From an uncultured Veillonella sp. (lineage in GTDB: Bacteria; Bacillota; Negativicutes; Veillonellales; Veillonellaceae), in contig NZ_CALJON010000008.1 in the NCBI RefSeq assembly GCF_937981445.1, forward strand, positions 124,442 through 188,441: a stretch of 64,000 nt of DNA, given 5' to 3'. The translations under genes and the position numbers were made by a program. The notes beneath the pieces are model-generated. The model ran no database searches. It worked only from the letters and a program-made list of their open reading frames with translations, and was not told the origin of the DNA. Below, piece after piece: positions 52,868 to 62,502 of this stretch (the first letter of the stretch is position 1; each line of letters begins with the position of its first letter).

Positions 52868-54508
52868 TTACGATATAAGGCTCATCTCATTCTCTATTTC
52901 TTCTTTTAAATAAATGTAATTCACTGCATTAATATAGGCCAATACGCTAGATAAAATAACATCCGTACTCATGCCCCGGCCATTATATTTTCGCCCTTTA
53001 TATTCCACCGTAACCTGCACTTCCCCTAGTGCATCCTGGCCCTCTGTAACAGCTCGCACTTGATAATTTTTTAAAATGATTGGCAAACCAATCACCCGTT
53101 CGCAAGCTTTAAGCGAAGCATCTACGGCGCCATCACCAACGGCCGCGTCTTCACGAATCCCCGTAGGCGTCTGTAACCGCACATCGGCGTAAGCATATCC
53201 ACGCTCATTTGAATGATAATGATGATGTACTAGTTCTATCGCCTTGGTATGGTCAATAGTGTCAATAACCAGGGCTAACAAATCTTCATCAAAAATTTCT
53301 TTTTTACGATCTGCCAAAGCTTTAAATTTAACAAATAAATCATTGATCTTCTCAGCCCCAAAGGTAAAACCCATGGCGTCTAAATGGCTTTCAAAGGCGT
53401 GACGACCAGAATGTTTACCAAGCACTATATGTGTCTTATCAGCGCCCACACTATCGGGGGTCATAATTTCATATGTAGTTGGATTGTTTAACATGCCATG
53501 TTGATGAATCCCCGATTCATGAGCAAATGCATTGGCACCCACAATCGCCTTATTCGGTGGCACTACCATGCCCGTCAATTTACTAATCATTTTACTTACT
53601 CTTGTAAACTGTTTGGTATCAATTTGCGTATAAACACCATATATATCGCGCCTTGTGTGAAGAGTCATAACCACTTCTTCAATCCCTACATTGCCAGCCC
53701 GTTCACCTAAGCCATTGACGGTGCATTCTACTTGGCGTGCACCGTTTTGAATCGCTGCCAAAGTATTCGCATTAGCAAGGCCTAAATCATCATGACAATG
53801 AACACTAATTATGGCCTTTTCAATACCTTTTACATGATCTTTAATATACTTAATCTTAGCCCCAAATTCTTCAGGCGTCATATAGCCTACTGTGTCAGGC
53901 ACATTTAAAATCGTAGCGCCCCCTTCAATGGCTACAGAGAACACTTCGCAAAGATAGTCCATATCGGTGCGCGACGCATCTTCTGCAGAAAACTCTATTT
54001 CGTGAAATTTCCCTTTTGCAAAGGCTAAACAATCTTTAATACTTTCAATCACTTCACGGCGTGTTTTTTTCAACTTATATTCTAGGTGAATATCACTTGT
54101 AGCAATAAATACATGAAGACGATTTCGCTCAGCCTTAGCCAATGCTTCCGCCGTCTTTTCAATATCTTTTTTATTGGCTCTCGCTAAGCCACAAATGGTC
54201 GCCCCTTTTACCTGTTCTGCTATAGCTGCTACAGCTTCAAAGTCGCCTGGTGAGGCAGCTGGAAATCCTGCTTCTATAACATCCACTCCAAGGCGCACTA
54301 AGTTTTGAGCAATTTCAATCTTTTCCGGTGTTTGAAGGCTCACGCCTGGACTTTGTTCACCATCACGCAAGGTGGTATCGAAGAAATACACGCGATCCAT
54401 AGTATCCTGGCTACTGTGTTTTTCATTGACTGCCCCTTGATATATCTTATCTTGAGTTACATGACTTTGATTTTCTTTGCCTTGGGTTGCCCCTATATTC
54501 TCTCTCAT
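52868..54508 (-). CDS. leuA: 2-isopropylmalate synthase with an N-terminal extension of about 36 aa
   Basis: 546 aa. FFDTTLRDGEQSPG, HCHDDLGLA and a C-terminal LeuA dimerisation/regulatory domain. The ATG at 54508 has GAGGAG 7 nt upstream; the conserved core begins at residue 37. Confidence 0.9.
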   Translation of the reverse strand: MRENIGATQGKENQSHVTQDKIYQGAVNEKHSSQDTMDRVYFFDTTLRDGEQSPGVSLQTPEKIEIAQNLVRLGVDVIEAGFPAASPGDFEAVAAIAEQVKGATICGLARANKKDIEKTAEALAKAERNRLHVFIATSDIHLEYKLKKTRREVIESIKDCLAFAKGKFHEIEFSAEDASRTDMDYLCEVFSVAIEGGATILNVPDTVGYMTPEEFGAKIKYIKDHVKGIEKAIISVHCHDDLGLANANTLAAIQNGARQVECTVNGLGERAGNVGIEEVVMTLHTRRDIYGVYTQIDTKQFTRVSKMISKLTGMVVPPNKAIVGANAFAHESGIHQHGMLNNPTTYEIMTPDSVGADKTHIVLGKHSGRHAFESHLDAMGFTFGAEKINDLFVKFKALADRKKEIFDEDLLALVIDTIDHTKAIELVHHHYHSNERGYAYADVRLQTPTGIREDAAVGDGAVDASLKACERVIGLPIILKNYQVRAVTEGQDALGEVQVTVEYKGRKYNGRGMSTDVILSSVLAYINAVNYIYLKEEIENEMSLIS

Positions 54509-54532
54509 ATGATTCTCCTCTTTCTCAACTAT

Positions 54533-54773
54533 CTTTGAAGTCTCTCACCTCTTCAAAGATCCTCTGTTCTTTCTCAATTCCACTCAAAGGCTCTCACCCC
54601 TTTAAGCTCTCTCTTCTTTCTCAAATCCTTTGAAGTTTCCCATCTCTTCAAATGTCCTCTGTTCTTTCTCAATTCTACTCAAAGGCTCTCACCCCTTTAA
54701 GCTCTCTCTTCTTTCTCAAGTCGCCCTAAGTTGCTTTCCACGCTAAGGGCTCACTCTCTTCTTTCTCAAATGT
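54533..54773. repeat. 95-nt direct repeat, 2 full copies plus a partial third, in the leuA 5' UTR
   Basis: Copies start at 54533 and 54628, with only a few mismatches by eye; partial copy at about 54750-54773. Each unit contains the hairpin CTTTGAAG-9 nt-CTTCAAAG. Pyrimidine-rich on +. Confidence 0.85.
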
Positions 54774-54787
54774 AGGTTAAGGGTACT

Positions 54788-54830
54788 AAAAAAGCCCCTG
54801 GACAAACAGACTGTATCTGCGTCCAGGGGC
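54788..54830 (-). terminator. Second, orphan intrinsic terminator between the leu T-box and leuA
   Basis: Minus strand AACGCCCCTGGAC-17 nt-GTCCAGGGGC followed by TTTTTT. Its 5' arm and flank (ATAACGCCCCTGGA) duplicate those of the T-box terminator about 140 nt upstream. Confidence 0.75.
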
Positions 54831-54928
54831 GTTATGTTGTATATTTACATACTTAAAAACTAACAAATCTTGCCTAAATTAAGCTAATGCTCACTACAAA
54901 ATCTATTATCTTTTTATTCGTATATAAC

Positions 54929-55197
54929 AAAAGCCCCTGAATTCACATCGTGAATCCAGGGGCGTTATGACATAACACGGTACCACCCTAGTTGGTGCTC
55001 TATAGTTATAACGGAACTACCGTCATGGCTTACTTAGTTTCAGCCACAATGCTCACAGGGGAGTTTCGATTATACAAGCTCTATTGCCTCACACCAACCG
55101 GCAACTCTCTGAAAGCAACTTAGTATATCTTTAAACCTGCTCATTGCATCTTTCATTTGATGTGTGTTATTTTCTCACAGGAAAAGACAATTGTCAA
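54929..55197 (-). promoter_or_regulatory. T-box riboswitch leader (probably Leu, CUC) with candidate promoter, upstream of leuABCD
   Basis: Minus strand: TTGACA (55192-55197); AG bulge CAGAGAG; distal loop GGUUGGUGUGAGG; specifier region CGAAACUCCCC; T-box core AACUAGGGUGGUACCGUG; terminator GCCCCTGGATTCAC-GATG-TGAATTCAGGGGC followed by TTTT. Confidence 0.85.
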
Positions 55198-55274
55198 TTA
55201 AAAAGAGAGTTCCATCACATAAAATATGCGATTCGTGTAATTTTAGTCATATAATATAGCTGTATTTTCTATTC

Positions 55275-56039
55275 CTATTTCACATGTTTAGCTACCATAA
55301 AGCCTGTTGCTTGTTGGTTTGCCATAATAGTAACATCGGAGATTTGTACACGCCGTGGCTGATTGGCAGTAAATAAAATAACCTCCGCAATATCTTCTGC
55401 TTGTAAGGCTTCTACGCCAGCGTATACATTCGCTGCTTTGTCCTTATCACCATGGAAACGCACTTCACTAAATGGTGTTTCTACAATACCTGGTTGAATA
55501 TTTGTTACTTTAATATTCGTTTCAATTGTATCAATGCGAATCCCATCACTCAAGGTCTTAACGGCTGCTTTAGTGGCACAATATACAGCGCCTTTTGCAT
55601 AGGCATAAATCCCTGCAGTAGAGCCTAAATTAATAATATGACCTTCATTGCGTTCTTTCATGTATGGCAAAATGGTACGGGTTACATATAGAAGGCCTTT
55701 CACATTAGTATCAATCATCGTTTCCATATCATCGATAGAGCTCTCTTCAAAAGAATCTAAGCCCTGTGCCAAACCAGCATTATTTACAAGCACATCAATA
55801 GAGCCTGCAGCTTTTACTACATCAGGTAACGTCTGAGTCACAGCTTCACGGTCTGATACATCAAGAGTAAATACAGTCACCTTTACGCCATATTCCGTTT
55901 CAAAATGATTTTTTAATTCATCTAAAACAGCTTGACGACGGGCACAGAGAATTAGATTATCCCCATGTTTAGCAAATGCCTCTGCTGTAGCACGTCCGAT
56001 TCCTGAAGTTGCACCTGTAATTAATACATTTCGACTCAT
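55275..56039 (-). CDS. SDR-family NADP-dependent oxidoreductase (YdfG-like)
   Basis: The ORF track starts at a TTG (56069); the ATG at 56039 has AAAGGAGA 7 nt upstream. TGATSGIG, NNAG and the catalytic YCATKAA. Confidence 0.9.
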   Translation of the reverse strand: MSRNVLITGATSGIGRATAEAFAKHGDNLILCARRQAVLDELKNHFETEYGVKVTVFTLDVSDREAVTQTLPDVVKAAGSIDVLVNNAGLAQGLDSFEESSIDDMETMIDTNVKGLLYVTRTILPYMKERNEGHIINLGSTAGIYAYAKGAVYCATKAAVKTLSDGIRIDTIETNIKVTNIQPGIVETPFSEVRFHGDKDKAANVYAGVEALQAEDIAEVILFTANQPRRVQISDVTIMANQQATGFMVAKHVK

Positions 56040-56222
56040 AATACTGTCTCCTTTACTCATCAAGACCAATGCAAGTATAAAATAATCTATATTATTTATT
56101 ATACACTGAATTCATGATAAAACAACTGAAGCCCCTTTGTATATAGGCTCTAGCACTATTTTGACCATATACTATGCATGCCATTCGCCCCTTATGATGT
56201 AAGCCATTACATATAAGTATAG

Positions 56223-57464
56223 CTATTTTTCTAACATGGATTCTAAAATGACAATATCTGTCTCTTTCATACCTTCACGAGCTAAGGTGCCAATGGCCTT
56301 TACGGTTTTATCTATAGAGCCCTTCACCATGCCATCGCCGACTTTAAAGCTATTCTGTGATTTTGCCTGCCGATAGGAAAGCAATGCATTGCCTAAGGAC
56401 ATGCCAATTTTCATAGCACAGGATGCTTTGGCGCCATCGCAAACAACGCCTGAAGTCCCTACTAAGGCGTTGGATAAGGTTTCCCAAACTACTTCACGCG
56501 GCTCATTCAATAAATACGCAATCCCCGCCGCCGTCGCTGATGCGGCACTAACAACGCCACAGTAGGCACTTAGACGACCTATGTCCTGTTTAATATATAA
56601 CGCCAATGTATTTGCTAAGGCGAGCGCACGATAGCGTCGTTCTTCCGGAATATTATACTCCTGTGCATATATCAAAATAGGCACTGATAATGTAATCCCT
56701 TGATTCCCACTGCCACAATTGATCATAACCGGCATACTGCAGCCATTCATACGTGCATCGGAACCTGCTGCTGCATAGGCACGCGCCTTATCTGCAATCG
56801 TATGAGCCTCTTCAATAATTAATTTACCAATATTAGAGCCATAAGTTCCCTTCATACCCTCTTCAGCAATAGCCATATTATATTCAAACTGACGACTCAA
56901 TAATGACTTTAACCGTTCCAAATCAGCCTGTTCGGCAAATTCATAACAGTCATTAAAATCCACTTCAATCTCCTCAGCTACGGCCACTTCTAGAGGAATA
57001 TCCAACAAGATGTTTCCATCTTTTTCAATACGAGTAATATTCGTATGTTTTTGCTGCAATACGACTTTGACTTCATGATCATTTGTACTCGCAATGACCT
57101 CAATATATAAATTGGCCACCCCTTCAGCAAGGCGGAGCGTGCAAAACTCGCTGTCATTGAGTTCATCAGCGCGCGCTACATCAGCTGATGTCAAATCTTC
57201 TAATACTTCTAATTCTTTTGACGCATCACCTACGATGGCGCCTAAAATCAAACTATAATAAATGCCCGTCCGGCCATCTGCATTGGGAATGGTCACACTT
57301 TTTGCGTTTTTAATAATATTACCACTACAATTAGCGTGCAATTTAGTAGGAAACTCCCCTAATACTTCTACTGCTTTCGCTGCGGTCAATGCTAGGGCAA
57401 TAGGTTCCGTACATCCAAAAGCAGGTAGGACTTCCCGCTCCAATACTGCATATAAATCTTTCAT
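56223..57464 (-). CDS. UPF0597 / CyuA-like L-cysteine desulfidase family protein
   Basis: 413 aa. FGCTEPIALALTAA, SDARMNGCSMPVMINCGSGNQGIT and CDGAKASCAMK align with blocks I recall from E. coli YhaM/CyuA. Confidence 0.8.
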   Translation of the reverse strand: MKDLYAVLEREVLPAFGCTEPIALALTAAKAVEVLGEFPTKLHANCSGNIIKNAKSVTIPNADGRTGIYYSLILGAIVGDASKELEVLEDLTSADVARADELNDSEFCTLRLAEGVANLYIEVIASTNDHEVKVVLQQKHTNITRIEKDGNILLDIPLEVAVAEEIEVDFNDCYEFAEQADLERLKSLLSRQFEYNMAIAEEGMKGTYGSNIGKLIIEEAHTIADKARAYAAAGSDARMNGCSMPVMINCGSGNQGITLSVPILIYAQEYNIPEERRYRALALANTLALYIKQDIGRLSAYCGVVSAASATAAGIAYLLNEPREVVWETLSNALVGTSGVVCDGAKASCAMKIGMSLGNALLSYRQAKSQNSFKVGDGMVKGSIDKTVKAIGTLAREGMKETDIVILESMLEK

Positions 57465-57582
57465 CTCATCCTCCTACTCACTGGTGTATGTTCATGCAAT
57501 AAATTATTCTTATACCATCATCATGCCATATATACGCTCATACAAGGCTTATTCTTATATAATAATCCTCCATATATAAATC

Positions 57583-58953
57583 TTACCACCATTCATTAAT
57601 AAATGTATGTACCTTTGGATACAGTGCATCTAACGCCTTTACTAACGGCGCCCCTTCTGAGGAAACTTCTAATTTGCCTTCAAATAGAAGTTCAGACGCT
57701 GTCATTCGCCCCATGAGCAAGAGACTCAAGGCCCCCACGGTAATCGTAAGAATCGGTTTTCCTACAGCATCACTATCAACAATGGCTTCCGCGGTAAGGC
57801 GAATGGCGCCCTCTCCATGTGTCATATCCATAGCAGCCTCTTCACTGGTTTTTACTAATTGGAAAGAAAATACTTGGTCATTCCATTCGGCCAAAGGATC
57901 TATGACACGCATTTGCCAAGAGGACTGACCAGACTCTAGTAAATCCTTAGCAGCCCCTTCATTCACTGGTACTTGACTGACTGCCAAAGGCACATCTACA
58001 ATGCGGCTCATCATAAAAGGCATGGTTGTATGCCCTGCTTTACCATCAGGATGGAAAATATAGGATTCATCTTTAAGCCCTTCATTCCAACGAAGAGTAT
58101 GACCTTGGGAACGATGATTGTAAAAATAATTCAACAAACCTCGCTGTGCCCGTCTTGTAGTATAAATAAATTCCGTAACGGGAATTTCACTATCTCCCAA
58201 GCGGTACATAGCATAGCCTTCAATAGGTGCCCACTGCCCAGCACCTGTAGTGGCACCTGCTTGCTGAGACGCTTCACGAGTACCACCCCATTGACCCTTT
58301 TTAGAATGGCTTCCTACTTGAGTAGCTTCACCCATAGGCGCTGGGCCACGTACATAGGCTACGCGCACGCCTTCAGCAAAAAGACTTTCTAACAATCTTG
58401 TCCATTCTGCTTCACCTCGTACAGCATGACCACTTGTATTCTTAGTATACGCTTCATACACAGGGGCTAATAAAGTCCATTCACTAACATCTTCTAGTAG
58501 GCCAAACTCCATGGTTTTATCGGTTAATGGTCGCAACTCATCTAAAGGTAAGGTTTGTACCCATTGATGGGCATACAAATCCCAACCATACTGCTGATAA
58601 AAGGCAGCCTTTGATGGCATGAGGATCGTAAGCCCTTGTTTACGCGAGCGCAGTTCCTCTAACGAGTGCTTAAGCAAACGCCCACCAATACCACCGCGCC
58701 GTGCTATGGGATCTGTGGCCACGCCCACCATGTAACTAATAGGCAAAATCGCACCGCGTACATCCAAATTATATTGACGCAAATGAACCATGCTAGCCAA
58801 AGTCTCATTTTCATAGCCCACTAAGGTATGTTCTGGCTCATAGGCCTTCTCAAAATAATATTTAAAAAATGGCGTATCTTCCGTTTCAAAGCAATAGTCC
58901 CACAAACGCTTTACCGCCTTAGTATCACCATCATTAGCAATTCTAAATTCCAT
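57583..58953 (-). CDS. Eis-like GNAT acetyltransferase with a C-terminal SCP2-like domain and a low-complexity insertion
   Basis: 456 aa. GNAT core VATDPIARRGGIGGRLL. Insertion GEATQVGSHSKKGQWGGTREASQQAGATTGAGQW between the two GNAT-like halves. Confidence 0.75.
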   Translation of the reverse strand: MEFRIANDGDTKAVKRLWDYCFETEDTPFFKYYFEKAYEPEHTLVGYENETLASMVHLRQYNLDVRGAILPISYMVGVATDPIARRGGIGGRLLKHSLEELRSRKQGLTILMPSKAAFYQQYGWDLYAHQWVQTLPLDELRPLTDKTMEFGLLEDVSEWTLLAPVYEAYTKNTSGHAVRGEAEWTRLLESLFAEGVRVAYVRGPAPMGEATQVGSHSKKGQWGGTREASQQAGATTGAGQWAPIEGYAMYRLGDSEIPVTEFIYTTRRAQRGLLNYFYNHRSQGHTLRWNEGLKDESYIFHPDGKAGHTTMPFMMSRIVDVPLAVSQVPVNEGAAKDLLESGQSSWQMRVIDPLAEWNDQVFSFQLVKTSEEAAMDMTHGEGAIRLTAEAIVDSDAVGKPILTITVGALSLLLMGRMTASELLFEGKLEVSSEGAPLVKALDALYPKVHTFINEWW

Positions 58954-59040
58954 CTATCTCACCCTTTCATATAAAGAATATGTTCCTCTAAAAATACAAT
59001 CAACTAACATAGACTCAACTAAAAAACTTAACTGTTAAGG

Positions 59041-59125
59041 GCATCCCATACAGCCCTAGCCTTTTAAGATCATGCAATACAGCCCTAGCCCTTTAAGAGC
59101 ATGCAATACAGCCCTAGGCCTTATG
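59041..59125. repeat. Tandem repeat of about 30 nt, 2.9 copies
   Basis: GCATCCCATACAGCCCTAGCCTTTTAAGAT / CATGCAATACAGCCCTAGCCCTTTAAGAG / CATGCAATACAGCCCTAGGCCTTATG. Confidence 0.85.
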
Positions 59126-59167
59126 TAAAAATAAGGGAGCCCAAATGGACCCCCTAATTTATACATA

Positions 59168-60076
59168 CTATGCCTGCGCTGCTTTTTCTTTAACGCAAAC
59201 AGCATCATATTTTTCTGCAAAATGATCAGGATGATATGACTCTTTTGCCTTACGTAAGCCAGGTAAGCCCATATCTTCTTCTCGATTTACAAATTCTACA
59301 TCAGCAAATTCATGACGTAAAAATTCATTGTTAATAGCTTGGTATAAGCCACGAATAGTTGGATTTGCTTTTTCAATATGAATTAGTGCCATGCGATCAT
59401 TTAGCATTTGCCCAATAGTGAAGGCTTCAATACGGCCAAATAATTTAATCGCACCACCTACCAAACCTAATTCGTCCCAATGAGTGAAGAGTAATTTAAT
59501 CGCTTCAAGCTCATCTTCAATGCCCTCTTCATGATGCGTTTCTACCCAGGATTCAGCGGTAGCAATGCAATCAGCAAAAATATCATCTGTTAGTGGCATG
59601 TATTCGTAATTAGTGTACTGCATGCGGAATTGGTTCAAATGATTTTTCTTCTGACGCAATTTTTTACCTGCCAAGGTAATCATATCCTGCGTTCTATAAA
59701 TATATTCAAAATTATCACGGTCAGCTGTAAACTCATAGCAATCTGGACAAAGTGTCTTCATGCGCTCTACCATGATTGGATTAATCCCTTTTAAGCTAAA
59801 AGGCAAGTTGTTTTCCTTAAACCATTCTTTAGCCATTTCAAGACCATCTACAAATTTTGCATCTTTGCCGGCAAAAGGTGGTAACATAAATGGATCGCGC
59901 TTGCCGCCCCCTTTAATAAAGAGGATGCCATCTTCTTCAGCCCATTCAATACCATAGGAATCTTGCCACATAAATAAAGTTGTAAAACAACAGTCAGATG
60001 CTTCATAATGATGCTCTGCAAAATAAGCATCAATTAAAGGTTTATCTTTTAATTCAAAACGTCGAAAATCTAAAAT
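59168..60076 (-). CDS. DUF2156-family protein (lysyl-phosphatidylglycerol-synthase C-terminal-like domain); proposed non-canonical ATT start
   Basis: The ATG-initiated ORF is 59168-59971. The frame stays open upstream to a TAA at 60101-60103 and encodes (I)LDFRRFELKDKPLIDAYFAEHHYEASDCCFTTLF, which reads like the family N-terminus. There is no ATG/GTG/TTG in that stretch, but ATT at 60074-60076 has AGGGGG 8 nt upstream. Confidence 0.6.
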   Translation of the reverse strand: MLDFRRFELKDKPLIDAYFAEHHYEASDCCFTTLFMWQDSYGIEWAEEDGILFIKGGGKRDPFMLPPFAGKDAKFVDGLEMAKEWFKENNLPFSLKGINPIMVERMKTLCPDCYEFTADRDNFEYIYRTQDMITLAGKKLRQKKNHLNQFRMQYTNYEYMPLTDDIFADCIATAESWVETHHEEGIEDELEAIKLLFTHWDELGLVGGAIKLFGRIEAFTIGQMLNDRMALIHIEKANPTIRGLYQAINNEFLRHEFADVEFVNREEDMGLPGLRKAKESYHPDHFAEKYDAVCVKEKAAQA

Positions 60077-60414
60077 CGGAATCGCCCCCTGAAAACTATA
60101 TTAAATCTCAGTATCCATAACTACGAATACTTGTATGTACAATCAGTTTCGTGGCCCTACCACAAAGGCAAAGCACACAAAATACTGCTTCATTTACACA
60201 TGGTAAAAAACACAGCAAATCTATTATACTACATAATTTAATTTTACAAAATCATCTATATCTATATATCTCATTCTTTCTATATGTATTGTATCATAGA
60301 ATCAAGTAAAAGAGAATTATGAACATTTAGCTTCCCTATCATGATATAATAAATGCAATTCAGTTATCATAATAGACCAAAGTATACAGCCTCAGTTTAC
60401 ATAGGAGCCAACTC

Positions 60415-61326
60415 ATGACCTTACAACAATTAAAATACATTTTAACTATTGCTGAAACGGGCTCTATTAGTGAAGCAGCTCGGCGACTGTTTATTTCACA
60501 GCCCAGCCTGTCCAATGCCTTACAGGATATTGAAAAGGAGCTCCATCAGCCACTCTTTATGCGCCGCCGCAATGGCGTCATTTTAACACAATTTGGCCAA
60601 CAATTTATTGGTTATGCCCGCGCTGTACACCAACAAATGGACTTATTAGAAGACCGTTTTATCAATAGTCGGCCTCCCAAAATTCGCTTCTCCGTATCCA
60701 CTCAGCACTACACATTTACGGCCAATGCCTTTGTTCATATGGTAAAACAATTTGGCGAGGATCGTTTTGAGTTTATTCTCAATGAAACACAGACCTATCA
60801 GATTTTAGAAGATGTAAAAAATCGCTTTAGTGATTTAGGCGTCATATACCTGAGCCAATCCAATGAATCTATTTTACGCAAGGAAATAGAACAGCGTGAA
60901 CTTCAATTTACACCTTTGTTTACAACGAAGCCTCATGTATTTCTTCGCCGTAATCACCCACTGTCTACTAAATCCTTAGTTACTTTAGAAGAATTAGCCC
61001 CTTACCCACGGCTCAACTTTTTACAAGGGCCCTATGAATCCAATTATTTTTCTGAGGAACTTTTGAGCACCCTCCCGGCAGATAAACTCATCCGCATCAG
61101 TGATCGTGCTTCCGTAGTTAATTTATTAATCGGCCTTGACGGTTACACCATATCTAGCGGTATTATGCCGAGCTATTTGCAAGGTGATGTACTCATTGCC
61201 ATCCCCCTTGATTATGATGAGACCATTACGATTGGCTATGTACAATTAAAAAATCAGAGTTTATCGGAATTAGCCTCCATTTATATTGAAGCATTAAAAT
61301 CCTACGAAAAAGAAATTACATCATAA
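60415..61326 (+). CDS. LysR-family transcriptional regulator
   Basis: 303 aa. N-terminal wHTH LKYILTIAETGSISEAARRLFISQPSLSNALQDIE. TAGGAG RBS. Confidence 0.9.
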   Translation: MTLQQLKYILTIAETGSISEAARRLFISQPSLSNALQDIEKELHQPLFMRRRNGVILTQFGQQFIGYARAVHQQMDLLEDRFINSRPPKIRFSVSTQHYTFTANAFVHMVKQFGEDRFEFILNETQTYQILEDVKNRFSDLGVIYLSQSNESILRKEIEQRELQFTPLFTTKPHVFLRRNHPLSTKSLVTLEELAPYPRLNFLQGPYESNYFSEELLSTLPADKLIRISDRASVVNLLIGLDGYTISSGIMPSYLQGDVLIAIPLDYDETITIGYVQLKNQSLSELASIYIEALKSYEKEITS

Positions 61327-61334
61327 GGTCATAT

Positions 61335-61440
61335 CTTTAGTAAAGCTAACAATATTAGTAAAACTAGTGAAATTACTGAAATTAGTGAAACTAGTGAAAT
61401 TAACAAAACTATCAAAATTAGTAAGCTAGTAATTGTACTA
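61335..61440. repeat. Degenerate tandem array with a period of about 12 nt (ATTAGTGAAACT-like)
   Basis: ATTAGTAAAACT AGTGAAATTACT GAAATTAGTGAAACT AGTGAAATTAAC AAAACTATCAAA ATTAGTAAGCT AGTAATTGTACT, immediately after the lysR-family stop. Confidence 0.75.
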
Positions 61441-61529
61441 AAATTTATAAAATCATACTATTATAATACACTTACAACCTTTAACATCTTAAACACTATC
61501 TTTATATCTTAAACTCTAAATGAGTATAT

Positions 61530-61570
61530 AAAAGCCATCCATAGTTTAAAACTATGGATGGCTTAATTTT
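61530..61570 (+). terminator. Hairpin terminator
   Basis: AAAAGCCATCCATAGTT-TAA-AACTATGGATGGCTT followed by AATTTTAT (weak T-run). Confidence 0.6.
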
Positions 61571-61678
61571 ATATGTATTACCTATCTTAGGATATTTTAT
61601 TGTATGATAAGCGCAACACAAATTTTCTTATCAAATATACAACTACTATCTATTTACTTCATCTCCTAAGGAGGTCCT

Positions 61679-62260
61679 ATGTCACTTTATATACTAAGCA
61701 ATTATCTACTGTACTGTATTATTAATGCCTTTACGCCAGGTCCTGACAATATTCTAGCCCTAAACACGACCAATATATATGGTTGGTCAAAAGGGAAACC
61801 TTTATTCTTTGGCATTTTTGCCGGTTATTTTGCTGTACAAATCATAAGTGGACTGTTCGTTTTCTTTTTAGGCACTACCTCCCCTGAGCTTCTTACTATC
61901 ATCAAATATATGGGCATCGCCTATATTCTTTGGCTCGCTTATACTATTGCTACCAGTACACCGGCTACTACCACTGAAACGCATAAAGCCTCATTTCTTA
62001 AAGGCTTTTTGTTACAATTCGTAAATGTAAAAATCTACATCTTTGGTATCACGGCCTTAACAGGCTACATCACGCCATATACAAATCATATGACCTGGAT
62101 TTTAGCAGCCAACTTATGTATTGCTACCATTGGTTGTATCGCCACTAGCTCTTGGATTGCCGCGGGACTCGCCTTGCAGCGCGTCTATAATCGTCACTTT
62201 CGCCTTATTAATAGTATCTTAGCCCTAACATTATTAGAATGTGTCTACAGCATGTGGTAA
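61679..62260 (+). CDS. LysE/RhtB-family amino-acid exporter
   Basis: 193 aa, 5-6 TM segments, N-terminal NAFTPGPDNILALN typical of LysE translocators. AAGGAGG RBS. Adjacent to the LysR regulator. Confidence 0.85.
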   Translation: MSLYILSNYLLYCIINAFTPGPDNILALNTTNIYGWSKGKPLFFGIFAGYFAVQIISGLFVFFLGTTSPELLTIIKYMGIAYILWLAYTIATSTPATTTETHKASFLKGFLLQFVNVKIYIFGITALTGYITPYTNHMTWILAANLCIATIGCIATSSWIAAGLALQRVYNRHFRLINSILALTLLECVYSMW

Positions 62261-62410
62261 ATCAAGCGCGCACTTAGAACTCATAGGAATGTAAAGTTAA
62301 CGCCCTACATATAAATATAAAACCCTTTATATATAATTATAAAATCCTCCATATCTAAATATAAAAACCCCTAAATAAAAAACTCCCAAATAAAAGAGTC
62401 TCTAAATATA

Positions 62411-62477
62411 AAAAACCTCAGACCAGACATATACATAAGACAAACAATCTTATATATGCTAACTGAGGTTTTTTTAA
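62411..62477. terminator. Bidirectional terminator between convergent genes
   Basis: AAAAAACCTCAG-43 nt-CTGAGGTTTTTTT. Confidence 0.7.
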
Positions 62478-62502
62478 TTAACGAATGTAAAACTTAAATC
62501 GC

